Positions 18,991 through 28,054 of a stretch of DNA of 64,000 nucleotides are shown piece after piece. The notes below the pieces were generated by a model. It saw only the letters and a program-made list of their open reading frames with translations. It had not been told where the DNA came from and did not search any database. The position numbers and the translations under genes are program-made. The DNA comes from an uncultured Verrucomicrobiae bacterium. GTDB taxonomy: Bacteria > Verrucomicrobiota > Verrucomicrobiia > Chthoniobacterales > UBA10450. Positions within the stretch are counted from its first letter, which is position 1. Every line of letters starts with the position of its first letter. The stretch covers positions 15,012 through 79,011 of the forward strand of contig CAVTMK010000002.1 in NCBI GenBank assembly GCA_963735805.1, read 5' to 3'.

Positions 18991-20492
18991 AATCAACCAT
19001 CGAACTGATTCGGGAATCACCATTCTTCGAGACCTTCCCGTCCGAAGACATCGACGCGCTTGCCGCGCACGCGGGAATGCAAAGCGTCGCGGCCGGCGAC
19101 GTAATCCTGCGGGAGAACGATCCGGCCGACGCGCTCTACATGATGGTGGCTGGCCAGGTGCGCCTCTCGTTCGAGATGGCCGAGGCACATACCAGATCGC
19201 GTACGTCAGAAGAAGATCGCATTCTTATCCGGACGCTGACGGAACCAGGGCGGATCATTGGGTGGTCGGCGATGGTCGAGCCATATCATTATCGCGCCAC
19301 GGCGACGGCCATCGAGAACACCCACCTGCTGGTATTCGAACGTTCATGGCTGGAGCGACGCGCGGAAGAGTTGCCTGAGTTTGGAGTGCAACTAATGACG
19401 CGGATCCTCTGGGTGCTCGGCAACCGGTTACGAGAGGCGCGCATCCGGCTCGTGGCCAGCCGGTATGAGGAGGAAGCGCTTGCCATTCGCGCGCTAATCG
19501 AGGAAAGCGGCTCCGAGCTCAGCGTCACATCGCCCCTGCACAAGCTGCCCATTTATCTCGAGCGTAGGCTTACTCTGTCCGATGCCTTTCAAACGCTCGA
19601 GCTGCTCCGCCACCATGGCGACCCACTTGAGGCCAGTCTCGCGCGGATGTGCCTTGAAATTCTGAAGAACGTCCGCAAAGAACTTGATGTCTATCGGCGA
19701 CTCCAGCAAATCTACGAAGCGGTGAGCGCGGCGCCGGAAGACACAACGCCAGAAGAGGTGAGGCGGCGCTGCTGCGTGGAATTCTGCCGGCTGTTCGAGC
19801 GCGTCGATTACATCATTGAGGGAGAAGAAAACCTACCCGCCGAGGCGGGGCACATCTTCGTCATGAACCACCTCGCTAATCATCCCGAGAACACGTTGCC
19901 TAACGATTTCCAGCTCACGCTCGACACACATTTTGTCTCCTGCATGGTGCTCAGCCCGAAGTATGGCGAGCCGCCGGTTCGCGTCATTCGCAAGTCGAAC
20001 CCTCACGAATACGGCCACCAGAAGTATTTCGATCGTCTGGGATACATCTATGTCTATGCAAAACATGTCGATGAAGACGAACGCAACCCGCAGTTGCTGG
20101 CGGAGCAGCGGCGGCGGGTTTTCCTAGAAACCGCCGCCCGCTGCCTTCGCGACGGTCGGAACCTTGTAATCTGTCCCGAAGGAGCATCCACCTCGACCGA
20201 ACGCTCCCCGCTGCCGTTTAAAGCGGGGGCTTTCCGCCTCGCGGCCTTCGTCGACTCCGAACCATTGATCGTACCGGTAGTGGTGGCGCATTTCGATCGC
20301 AAGATCACGCGGACCACTCTCATCGCGTGCGTGCACAAACCCTTCCTCCTGTCCGATCACGTTGCGAAGCCGGTGCAGGATGAAGCGCTCTTCGCGTTCA
20401 TCGCCGAGTTCGGGGAGAAAATGCGCGCCTGGGTGCACGACGCTGCCGCTCGCGCCGCGGTCGGGGCGACACCTCGCTCCAGCATCTCGTAG
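18987..20492 (+). CDS. Fusion protein: N-terminal cNMP-binding domain + C-terminal PlsC/LPLAT-type acyltransferase domain
   Basis: N-terminus: SPFFETFPSEDIDALAAHAGMQSVAAGDVILRENDPADALYMMVAGQV, GRIIGWSAMV. C-terminus: IFVMNHLANHPEN, RNLVICPEGASTSTERSPLPFKAGAFRLAA. ATGA overlap with the preceding CAP_ED gene. Confidence 0.7.
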   Translation: MKSTIELIRESPFFETFPSEDIDALAAHAGMQSVAAGDVILRENDPADALYMMVAGQVRLSFEMAEAHTRSRTSEEDRILIRTLTEPGRIIGWSAMVEPYHYRATATAIENTHLLVFERSWLERRAEELPEFGVQLMTRILWVLGNRLREARIRLVASRYEEEALAIRALIEESGSELSVTSPLHKLPIYLERRLTLSDAFQTLELLRHHGDPLEASLARMCLEILKNVRKELDVYRRLQQIYEAVSAAPEDTTPEEVRRRCCVEFCRLFERVDYIIEGEENLPAEAGHIFVMNHLANHPENTLPNDFQLTLDTHFVSCMVLSPKYGEPPVRVIRKSNPHEYGHQKYFDRLGYIYVYAKHVDEDERNPQLLAEQRRRVFLETAARCLRDGRNLVICPEGASTSTERSPLPFKAGAFRLAAFVDSEPLIVPVVVAHFDRKITRTTLIACVHKPFLLSDHVAKPVQDEALFAFIAEFGEKMRAWVHDAAARAAVGATPRSSIS

Positions 20493-20600
20493 CGCTGGCC
20501 TCGCGCTTATCGACACAACGCAATCACGACGGCGAAGACCAGGTATAGGCCAATCAGGATGGTCCAACCTACGCGATGCAATCGTGCATCGGCAATCGGC

Positions 20601-20723
20601 CTAACGACTAATCGTTTCGTCGATCTTGTTCTTCCTATAATTTTTCTTCACCTCGTTTCCGATGAATCGAAGTTCGTGACAAGAAGCGAGCTGGTGATCG
20701 ACGGCGGCTACACGGCGCGGTAG
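20601..20723 (+). pseudogene. C-terminal remnant of a short-chain dehydrogenase/reductase (SDR)
   Basis: Own translation: ...NRFVDLVLPIIFLHLVSDESKFVTRSELVIDGGYTAR*. (L)ASDES.FVTG..L.VDGGYTA is the classic SDR C-terminus. There is no matching upstream reading frame. Confidence 0.45.
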
Positions 20724-21030
20724 AGGCCCCTTAGTAACCACCCAATTCGTTGATTTCCGACGACGTTCCTGATGGAGAGCAAGAGGGAACAGCCGGGCTT
20801 CTTTCGAAAAACTGTTTAAGGGGCCAGTCCGGCGAGGATGTGTGTCAAACGACCGACGAGGAAATTCGGATACTCCCATCCAAGCCACTAACCGCCAAAT
20901 CGTTTTAGCGGTAATGGACGCTGGGTCGCAGTTCGATGCGACTGCCAAGAATTGCGCTGTTCTTCGCAAGATTTGCCGAGCGGGATTGCCACGTCTGATC
21001 TCAAATTGAAATTAAGAAAGGCAAAATAAC

Positions 21031-21528
21031 ATGAAAGTACAAGACGTAATGACATATGAAGTGCAGACTTGCCGTCCTGAAACCAATCTGGCCGATGCAG
21101 CGATGCGGATGTGGCGAGGCGATTGCGGTATCCTGCCGGTAGTGACCGACGGTCAGAAAGTCGTCGGTGTGATCACCGATCGGGATATTTGCATGGCCGC
21201 TGCGACCAAACGTCGCGACCTTACGCAAATCCGCGTTAAAGAGGTGATCTCCGGAAAGGTTTACGGCTGCTCGTCGGATAGCGACATTCACGAGGCGCTC
21301 AAAATCATGCAACAGAAACAGGTGCGGCGGCTGCCGATCATCAGTGCCGAAGACGGAAGACTCGAAGGCATATTGTCGATGAACGATGTCGCGCTCAAAG
21401 CCGAAGGAGGTCGAGACGCTCAACTCTCGGCCCAGGATGTGGAGACGACGCTGCGAGGTATCTGCGCGCATCGGGAGCTTCCATTGGCCAGGCCTATGCA
21501 ACAATCGGTCGCGCAAAGCGCGGCCTAG
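21031..21528 (+). CDS. CBS-pair domain protein
   Basis: Two CBS repeats: VQDVMTYEVQTCRPETNLADAAMRMWRGDCGILPVV..GVITDRDI and VKEVISGKVYGCSSDSDIHEALKIMQQKQVRRLPII..GILSMNDV. Confidence 0.85.
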   Translation: MKVQDVMTYEVQTCRPETNLADAAMRMWRGDCGILPVVTDGQKVVGVITDRDICMAAATKRRDLTQIRVKEVISGKVYGCSSDSDIHEALKIMQQKQVRRLPIISAEDGRLEGILSMNDVALKAEGGRDAQLSAQDVETTLRGICAHRELPLARPMQQSVAQSAA

Positions 21529-21557
21529 AACCGCAAACGGAGACAACGGAGCAACCT

Positions 21558-22019
21558 ATGAAATCACATCAACCCGACGTTTTCGGAACCACACTGGCAA
21601 AAACAAATTTGTGGCTCGAGCAAATGAGCGATGCACTTCATTGGGACGATCATCACAAGGCGTATCACGGACTGCGCGCGGTGCTGCATGCGTTGCGAGA
21701 CCGTTTGCCTGTTCCGGAAGCGGTCCATCTTGGCGCGCAACTGCCGATGTTAGTACGCGGGTTCTACTATGACGGTTGGAAACCGACTTCCACGCCGGTG
21801 AAGTTCAAAACAGCACAGGAGTTTTACGATGCCGTAAAAGCAAATTTTACCGCCGATCAAAACATCAATCCCAAACGCCTGACGGAGGCCGTGCTGCGAT
21901 TGCTTACCAGACATATCACGCCCGGTGAGCTGGCGAAGTTGCGCTCAATTTTTCCGCCTCATCTTCGCGAGATCTGGCTCGGAGCGGAACAAACCGTCGA
22001 TCTTTCCGAGTATGTATGA
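21558..22019 (+). CDS. DUF2267 domain protein
   Basis: WLEQMSDAL, AYHGLRAVLHALRDRLPVPEAVHLGAQLPMLVRGFYYDGWKP and the second-repeat EFYDAVK...AVLRLLTRHITPGE pattern. Confidence 0.78.
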   Translation: MKSHQPDVFGTTLAKTNLWLEQMSDALHWDDHHKAYHGLRAVLHALRDRLPVPEAVHLGAQLPMLVRGFYYDGWKPTSTPVKFKTAQEFYDAVKANFTADQNINPKRLTEAVLRLLTRHITPGELAKLRSIFPPHLREIWLGAEQTVDLSEYV

Positions 22020-22429
22020 CTGCAGCGTCGCTGATCATTGTAGCTGATCGCGGTAGCCTGCGCGCATACGGCGTGGAGCAAACGCCCACACGCGGGCCTC
22101 ACCTCAGACTGGTGCAGGCGTTTGAAGTCACTGATGTCATAAACGCTCCGAGCACGCGGCACACCACGCCAATGACCGATTGGCCTCAACTGGAGGCAGA
22201 AATGGATCACCAAATTTGCAGGGAACTCGCGGCCGAGATTGCGAAAATTGCTGAGCGCAGTCCCGGTGAAGGCTGGTCGCTTGCCGCTCCAGCGTCGATT
22301 CACGCAGCGATTGTCGATCTTCTGCCATTGGAAATCCGGGAACGCATCGTGGAGCACTTGAAATCCGACCTGGTTAAGATTGAGCCCGCGAAGCTACCCG
22401 AACATTTTCGATCGCTTCAACCAATCTAA
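22016..22429 (+). CDS. Host_attach-family protein (protein required for attachment to host cells; eRF1-fold-related by my recollection)
   Basis: SLIIVADRGSLRAYGVE at the N-terminus and HLKSDLVKIEPAKLPEHF at the C-terminus, about 137 aa. ATGA overlap with the DUF2267 gene. Confidence 0.6.
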   Translation: MTAASLIIVADRGSLRAYGVEQTPTRGPHLRLVQAFEVTDVINAPSTRHTTPMTDWPQLEAEMDHQICRELAAEIAKIAERSPGEGWSLAAPASIHAAIVDLLPLEIRERIVEHLKSDLVKIEPAKLPEHFRSLQPI

Positions 22430-22497
22430 TTCGCACAGGTGCCTCAGAAACAGTTCAAACGTAATCAACGAAAACAAGATGAGAATGGATAAACCTT

Positions 22498-22731
22498 ATG
22501 GCTAAATGCGAACATTGCGGAAACGAATATGACAAGGCATTCGAGGTTAGCTTTCAGGGAAAAATGCATGTCTTCGACAGCTTCGAGTGTGCGATTCAGG
22601 CGATGGCGCCGGAATGCAATCATTGCCATTGCAAAATTATTGGCCACGGCGTGGAAAACGGCGGCCAAATATTTTGTTGCGCCAATTGCGCGCGCGAGCG
22701 TGGTGAAAACCGGCTGCGCGATCGGATCTAA
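22498..22731 (+). CDS. Small Cys-rich zinc-ribbon / TRASH-YHS-like protein (77 aa)
   Basis: CEHCG...FDSFECAIQAM followed by CNHCHC...GGQIFCCANCARE, giving two CxxC...FxC-type half-sites. Confidence 0.55.
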   Translation: MAKCEHCGNEYDKAFEVSFQGKMHVFDSFECAIQAMAPECNHCHCKIIGHGVENGGQIFCCANCARERGENRLRDRI

Positions 22732-22791
22732 ATCAGTTTAAGTTTTCTGACAAAGCTCCAGGCACCGCGACGACAGTTTTCACCGAGTGAT

Positions 22792-23754
22792 ATGACAGAG
22801 GCAACTTCCACAACAGGTTCCGGCTCGCAGCTGGAGTTCAAGATCGAAAGAATTCTGGTACCGCTGGATTTCTCTCCCGCATCAATGGAAGCGCTGGAGT
22901 ACGCTATTTCGCTGGCGAAACAATTTCGAGCCGCCATTCATCTTGTGCATGTGTACCCACCTGATGAGGCTGCTTCAATGCCGGGCGCAGCGCATCTCTT
23001 ACTGCAATCAGCCGAAGCGATCGAGCGTCTAAATGAGGAATTAACTGGGATTCATCGCAAGCGGGTTGAGCCGTTTTGTCCGGAGAATTGTCACGTTCGC
23101 AGCGGTCGACCATACGAGCAGATTATCCGTTTGGCTCGCGAGATTGCTGCTGACTTAATCGTTCTTTCGACGCGCGGCCATAGCGGCCTCAAGCATCTTT
23201 TACTTGGCAGCACAGCGGAACGAGTCGTCCGCAGCGCCCCGTGCCCCGTGCTTGTCGCGCGGAAACGGAAACGAAGATCGAAGGCGAGGCCCGAAGCATT
23301 CGCCATCCGCACCATCCTGGTTCCGACGGATTTCTCGCAGTGTGCGCTCGCGGGAGCCGAGTACGCAGCGTTTTTGGCAAGGACGCTTGGTGCCACGCTC
23401 CGTCTCTTTCACGCGATCTATCCCTATACAAATTACGTGTTCGTTGACCGTGCCGGCGTCCGTCTCTCCGGGCTGGTTGAAGCGGTGGAAGAAACAGCTC
23501 GACAGGAAATGGACGCACTCAAACAGATGAATTTTTTGAGCGGTCTGCCCGTTCAAACCCAGACTCTTCCGGGTCACGCAGTGGACGAGATCTGCGCCGC
23601 AGCGAGCCAGCCGAATGTGGATCTCATCGTTACTTCCACCCATGGCCGCACAGGATTCAAACATGCGGTCATCGGGAGCGTGGCTGAACATGTCGTCCGC
23701 TACGCCGATTGTTCAGTCCTGGTTATTCCCAGCCGCTCTCACCCCAAATCCTGA
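22792..23754 (+). CDS. Universal stress protein, tandem USP domains
   Basis: Domain 1: RILVPLDFSPASMEAL...[34 protein letters not shown]. Domain 2: [13 protein letters not shown]...[35 protein letters not shown]. Confidence 0.9.
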   Translation: MTEATSTTGSGSQLEFKIERILVPLDFSPASMEALEYAISLAKQFRAAIHLVHVYPPDEAASMPGAAHLLLQSAEAIERLNEELTGIHRKRVEPFCPENCHVRSGRPYEQIIRLAREIAADLIVLSTRGHSGLKHLLLGSTAERVVRSAPCPVLVARKRKRRSKARPEAFAIRTILVPTDFSQCALAGAEYAAFLARTLGATLRLFHAIYPYTNYVFVDRAGVRLSGLVEAVEETARQEMDALKQMNFLSGLPVQTQTLPGHAVDEICAAASQPNVDLIVTSTHGRTGFKHAVIGSVAEHVVRYADCSVLVIPSRSHPKS

Positions 23755-23920
23755 TCTTTCGGTGCCAGCTTGCAACGGACGGGTTTGCGTTTTGGCATGC
23801 GGCCGTATTTCGCCGCTGTTTCATTCTGGGGGCCCTGCACAAGAATTGGACAATCCTTCGCAAAATCCGGCAAGTGATTGGCGGAAGGCATTGTCTATTT
23901 GCGTTCGAGCGGCACGACAA

Positions 23921-24322
23921 ATGAATTCCTCACCACGGCAAAAGCGGAAACCAGGCAGCGCCAGCGAAGAAACCGTATTCGAATTTCAGAACCTCGAAAT
24001 CACGCGAGACGTGCTGGTGATACATTTCTTCAAAGAGAAGACCATCATTCCTCTGAAAGACATCGCCTCGTACCATTTCGACTGGTATCTGCATGACCCG
24101 ACTTTTGCGAAGAAGTGGTGGTTCCTTGTCTTGATAGTAAGGCTTAAAAACGGCGACGAGGAAGGGGGCCACATCACGACCGTCAAATTCAATTATCTCA
24201 GCGACGACTCCGAATTGCGAAAAGAGATCGAAACTAAAATCTCGCGCGCAATAGACACTGCGCTTTCGCGCGCAAGCATCGCGACAAAAAACGATTCCTG
24301 TGCAGCAACACGCAACGAGTGA
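23921..24322 (+). CDS. Hypothetical protein (133 aa), visibly A/T-richer than its neighbours
   Basis: The ATG at 23921 gives MNSSPRQKRKPGSASEETVFEFQNLEITRDVLVIHFFKEK.... No family recognised. The track ORF (23615) overlaps the USP gene and is probably an artefactual extension. Confidence 0.4.
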   Translation: MNSSPRQKRKPGSASEETVFEFQNLEITRDVLVIHFFKEKTIIPLKDIASYHFDWYLHDPTFAKKWWFLVLIVRLKNGDEEGGHITTVKFNYLSDDSELRKEIETKISRAIDTALSRASIATKNDSCAATRNE

Positions 24323-24524
24323 GGTTCGGTCGAGCGGAGCGAGAAGCGGAAGTGAATTTTATCGCCATCAAAATGCTGCTCGACGGCCGGGCCAAGATCC
24401 ACAGAGTTTATATGGATTGATGCGTATTTCGGAGTCGAATTCAAACAACTCGCTGCACAAGAAACGAACTACTTTTCACAAGCAATGACATGCTGACCTC
24501 TGCGAAACCAAGCATTTTCGACTC

Positions 24525-25628
24525 ATGAAAAAACTGAGCATTGGAAACATTCTGGTGCCGATCGATTTCTCGAAGATGTCGATCCAGGCTATCGAAACTG
24601 CGAAAGGCTTGGCCCAGCCCTTTGGTGCCACCATCCATCTTGTGCACGTTCATCACTGGCAGTACTCCGCCGATTTTGTGGGACCGGTCATCTCATCGGG
24701 ATTTTTGCCCGCATCGTTCGAAGAGCATCGCAATAAACACTTGGCTGAGGAGTTCAAGACAATCGCCAGCAAAGCTCGATTATCCCCACGCGATAAAACC
24801 CACCTGAGAACAGGCGCCTCTGCATTTCAGGAGATTTGCACGCTGGCCCGGCAAATTCCCGCCGATCTGATCGTCATGCCGACACACGGCTACACCGGGA
24901 TCAAGCATGTGTTCCTCGGGAGCACGACGGAACGCGTCGTGCAGCATGCGCCCTGCCCAGTATTTGTTGTGCGACAACTCGGCAAACGGCCGGCCGAAGA
25001 AAAGTTTCGCTACAAGAAGGTTCTCGTACCGGTCGATTTCTCCGATTGCTCGCAGAAAGCGCTCCAGTACGCCATCGGGTTCGCGAATGAATTTGGGGCC
25101 GAGATCGTTTTGCTGCATGCCACTTACCTCGGTTACATCTATTCCGCCGAGGGCACGGCCCTGTATGACATTCCAGGCTTGCAAAAGGCTGCTCGCAAAG
25201 AAGCCGAGCACCAAATGCAAACGCTTGTCCGGGCGGCAAAGTTTGGACAAGTAAAATTTGAGACGGTCTTTACCGAGGCCTCGCCTGTCTTGGATATTTG
25301 CGCCTTTGCAAAACACCACGACGTCGATCTGATTATTACGTCGACGCACGGGGTGACCGGTTTCGAGCATGTCTTAATTGGGAGCATCGCAGAGAAAGTG
25401 GTCCGACATGCGCCCTGTTCCGTTCTGGTCGTGCCATCGCACCTTCGGATCAGAGCGGCGAATCTGGCAAAAACGCCCGGCACCAGGACCCGCGCAGCAG
25501 GCCAACAGCAACCACCCAAATCATCGAGAGGCAAAGCGCTCACGAAAAAAGATCGAAGGCTCGTTGCGAATGCCTTTCCCGAGCGCCGCAAAACGAACAA
25601 GTTTCGCGAATCGCATTTCGGTCGATGA
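24525..25628 (+). CDS. Universal stress protein, tandem USP domains with about 60-aa basic C-terminal tail
   Basis: [12 protein letters not shown]...LIVMPTHGYTGIKHVFLGSTTERVVQHAPCPVFVV; [12 protein letters not shown]...[35 protein letters not shown]. Tail: RIRAANLAKTPGTRTRAAGQQQPPKSSRGKALTKKDRR...RRKTNKFRESHFGR. Confidence 0.9.
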   Translation: MKKLSIGNILVPIDFSKMSIQAIETAKGLAQPFGATIHLVHVHHWQYSADFVGPVISSGFLPASFEEHRNKHLAEEFKTIASKARLSPRDKTHLRTGASAFQEICTLARQIPADLIVMPTHGYTGIKHVFLGSTTERVVQHAPCPVFVVRQLGKRPAEEKFRYKKVLVPVDFSDCSQKALQYAIGFANEFGAEIVLLHATYLGYIYSAEGTALYDIPGLQKAARKEAEHQMQTLVRAAKFGQVKFETVFTEASPVLDICAFAKHHDVDLIITSTHGVTGFEHVLIGSIAEKVVRHAPCSVLVVPSHLRIRAANLAKTPGTRTRAAGQQQPPKSSRGKALTKKDRRLVANAFPERRKTNKFRESHFGR

Positions 25629-26452
25629 CAAAAGCCTTAGTCACGGCTGATTCCGGGATCACCTCGACGCGGCATGCTGTCGAACTGCGCGACGTGAGCA
25701 TGAGCTTCGGCGGCAAACAGGTTCTCGATGACGTTTCTCTGGTCGTCGATCCCCAGGAGCGCCTCGTCATCATCGGGCAAAGCGGCGCGGGCAAAACGAC
25801 GATTCTGCGGTTGATCCTGGGCATTCTGAAACCCAACAAAGGCTCGGTCTTGTTCAAGCAACACAAGGTTTCACAAATGAACGATCACGAGCTGGAAGCA
25901 ATTCGTATGCGGATGGGAATGGTATATCAAGATGCGGCGTTGCTAAGCTCGCTCACGGTGCGCGAAAACCTTGCTCTTCCTTTGCAGGAGTTGACGAACA
26001 AAACGCCCGTCGAAATCGACAAGCTAGTCGATGAAAAATTAGAAATGGTCGAGCTGACTGGTGAAGGCAAAGCGATGCCGTTCGAATTAAGTGGCGGCAT
26101 GCGCAAACGCGTCGGGCTTGCTCGTGCACTGATGATAGAGCCAGAATTAATTCTGTTCGACGAACCGACCCAGGGGTTGGATCCAGTCATAGCCGCATTG
26201 ATCGATGAGCTGATAATCGATCTTACCAAAAGAACGAAAACGACGTCCATCATCGTTACCCATCTAATGGACAGCGCGTTTCGCGTGGCCACCCGCATGG
26301 CCATGTTGCACCGTGGAAAAATCATCGAACAAGGAACACCCCAGCACATGCGGCAATCAAAGAATCCGGTGGTCGTACAGTTCTTAAGCGGTAGCACCGA
26401 GGGCCCAATCTTTGAGCGCAGCAAATATCACATGCTCTCACCGGCCGATTAA
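25625..26452 (+). CDS. ABC transporter ATP-binding protein (MlaF/Mkl-like), orphan: no permease or substrate-binding gene nearby
   Basis: Walker A GQSGAGKTT, signature LSGGMRKRVGLARAL, Walker B LILFDEPTQGLD and the H-loop VTH. The ATG at 25625 overlaps the USP stop (ATGA). The track ORF from 25298 is an upstream in-frame extension. Confidence 0.9.
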   Translation: MTKALVTADSGITSTRHAVELRDVSMSFGGKQVLDDVSLVVDPQERLVIIGQSGAGKTTILRLILGILKPNKGSVLFKQHKVSQMNDHELEAIRMRMGMVYQDAALLSSLTVRENLALPLQELTNKTPVEIDKLVDEKLEMVELTGEGKAMPFELSGGMRKRVGLARALMIEPELILFDEPTQGLDPVIAALIDELIIDLTKRTKTTSIIVTHLMDSAFRVATRMAMLHRGKIIEQGTPQHMRQSKNPVVVQFLSGSTEGPIFERSKYHMLSPAD

Positions 26453-26704
26453 CATCGAACAAAAACGCTTACCTTCATCCATATCGAAGACCAAGAACTC
26501 GGCGCGGGACTCTCCTGTGGAACTGCTTTCCGCCCCGCGCTAGGCCTCGTCGCGCCCGCAACGCACTCTACAAATCCAGGCGCACGGATCGCCGCAGATA
26601 TAACCAGCGCAACAACAAGCGGGAAAGCGCATAAGAGATGTAAGAACGCTCAGGTTGAATTTGACGAAAAACTCGGAATTTAACCTTCTTTTTCGCCGCC
26701 TGGT

Positions 26705-26899
26705 CTACTCCACTTTAGGTTGACCGATGATCTTCAACTGCGACTCTGGTCTTTGGATTCGTTCATGCTTCTGCTCAGGAGGTTCAGTTGCGATCTCCTT
26801 GATTTCCCTGGTAATTGCAACCGATTGAAACGTATCCGCAGTGGAGAGTTTCTTTAAGAGTTCCTGAATCCTTGCAGCCTTCTCGTGTTCAAGAAACAT
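26705..26899 (-). CDS. Possible small hypothetical protein (64 aa)
   Basis: ATG preceded by AAAGG 8 nt upstream. The helical sequence MFLEHEKAARIQELLKKLSTADTF has no family match. It lies in an otherwise gene-free 590-bp gap. Confidence 0.25.
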   Translation of the reverse strand: MFLEHEKAARIQELLKKLSTADTFQSVAITREIKEIATEPPEQKHERIQRPESQLKIIGQPKVE

Positions 26900-27046
26900 A
26901 CTAACCTTTCGTCAGCGCGGCGCCCAACTGCTCATCAATCTTTGTGAGAATCTGTTCAGATTCTGCGCCGCGCTCGCGCCCAAGAAATGAGCAGCATTTA
27001 GCAATTCGCGCTGAGCCAGCGCTTTTTGCCGGCGCAATATGGCTCA

Positions 27047-28054
27047 ATGAAAAATGTGTTAGACCCTCCCAGTTCAAAACACTTATCTGCCAAATCACGG
27101 CGGGGCGTTACACGGTCGCGGTTGCTTGGAATTAAGCGCATCCTGGTCCCGATCGATTTTTCGCGCCCATCATTAAAGGCGATTCCCTACGCACTTTCGG
27201 CCTCGCGGCAATTCAGCGCAGGCGTGCATCTTTTGCACGTAGTTGATACCACTCAGTACCCGCCTCCGACGTTGCTTACGCTTCCGCTGGTTCCGCAATC
27301 AGAATGGAACAGGCGATTGATGAAACGGCTGAAGGCTGTTGCCTTGAAATATCAAAGCAATGGCAATGTCTCCGCACTGGAACTGCGCACCGGCACGGCC
27401 TGCGAGGAGATTTGCGCGACCGCACGGGAGATGAAGGCGGATCTGATTGTTATCTCGACCCACGGATACACAGGTTACAAGCACATGTTTCTCGGCAGCA
27501 CTGCGGAACGGGTTGTCCAACATTCGCCATGCCCGGTTCTTGTCGTACGTGGGAACCTCAGACATTGGAACGGAGCCGTTGACCCGCGCACACGCATGGG
27601 CTTTCAACTCAGGAGGATTCTTGTGCCAACCGATTTTTCGGAATGTTCACGCGCCGGATTTGATTACGGTCTTCAACTGGCACGCGATTTCAAGGCAGAG
27701 TTGCGCCTGGTCCACGTAATTAATCCGCACGCCTATCCGTTCGGAGACAAGTATGCTGCGCTCGATCCGGCACAGCTCGTGCGCGATGTGGTGAACGCGG
27801 CGCAAAAGCAGATGCGTTCGATGGCAGCAAAAGCCAAGGTCCGATATTCCGCCCGTGTGATTCAAGGTTCGCCGGCAATCCAAATTTGCAATGCGGCAAA
27901 CGAAGATGTCGATCTCATTGTCATTTCGACGCATGGCCGCACCGGGTTCGAACATGTCCTCATCGGCAGCGTGACAGAGCGCGTTGTGCGCCATGCACAC
28001 TGCCCAGTGCTGGTCATTCCGGCACGGCCAAAATCCAACAAAAACAAAACATGA
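27047..28054 (+). CDS. Universal stress protein, tandem USP domains
   Basis: [15 protein letters not shown]...[35 protein letters not shown]; [13 protein letters not shown]...[35 protein letters not shown]. Confidence 0.9.
   Translation: MKNVLDPPSSKHLSAKSRRGVTRSRLLGIKRILVPIDFSRPSLKAIPYALSASRQFSAGVHLLHVVDTTQYPPPTLLTLPLVPQSEWNRRLMKRLKAVALKYQSNGNVSALELRTGTACEEICATAREMKADLIVISTHGYTGYKHMFLGSTAERVVQHSPCPVLVVRGNLRHWNGAVDPRTRMGFQLRRILVPTDFSECSRAGFDYGLQLARDFKAELRLVHVINPHAYPFGDKYAALDPAQLVRDVVNAAQKQMRSMAAKAKVRYSARVIQGSPAIQICNAANEDVDLIVISTHGRTGFEHVLIGSVTERVVRHAHCPVLVIPARPKSNKNKT

Noticed and set aside
20494-20600. Minus-strand reading ...LHRVGWTILIGLYLVFAVVIALCR* (possible tiny membrane ORF) just after the acyltransferase gene
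   Set aside because: There is no ATG and no ribosome-binding site. Only a TTG could serve as start, and the hydrophobic run is short and unsupported.
25298-25624. Long N-terminal extensions of track ORFs that overlap the preceding gene. Track starts are 25298, 27886, 29748, 31039, 38199, 43314, 58932, 23615, 2722 and 8744
   Set aside because: The extension sequences are non-homologous, basic and low-complexity. In each case an internal ATG/GTG gives the canonical family N-terminus, often at a 4-nt ATGA overlap with the upstream stop.
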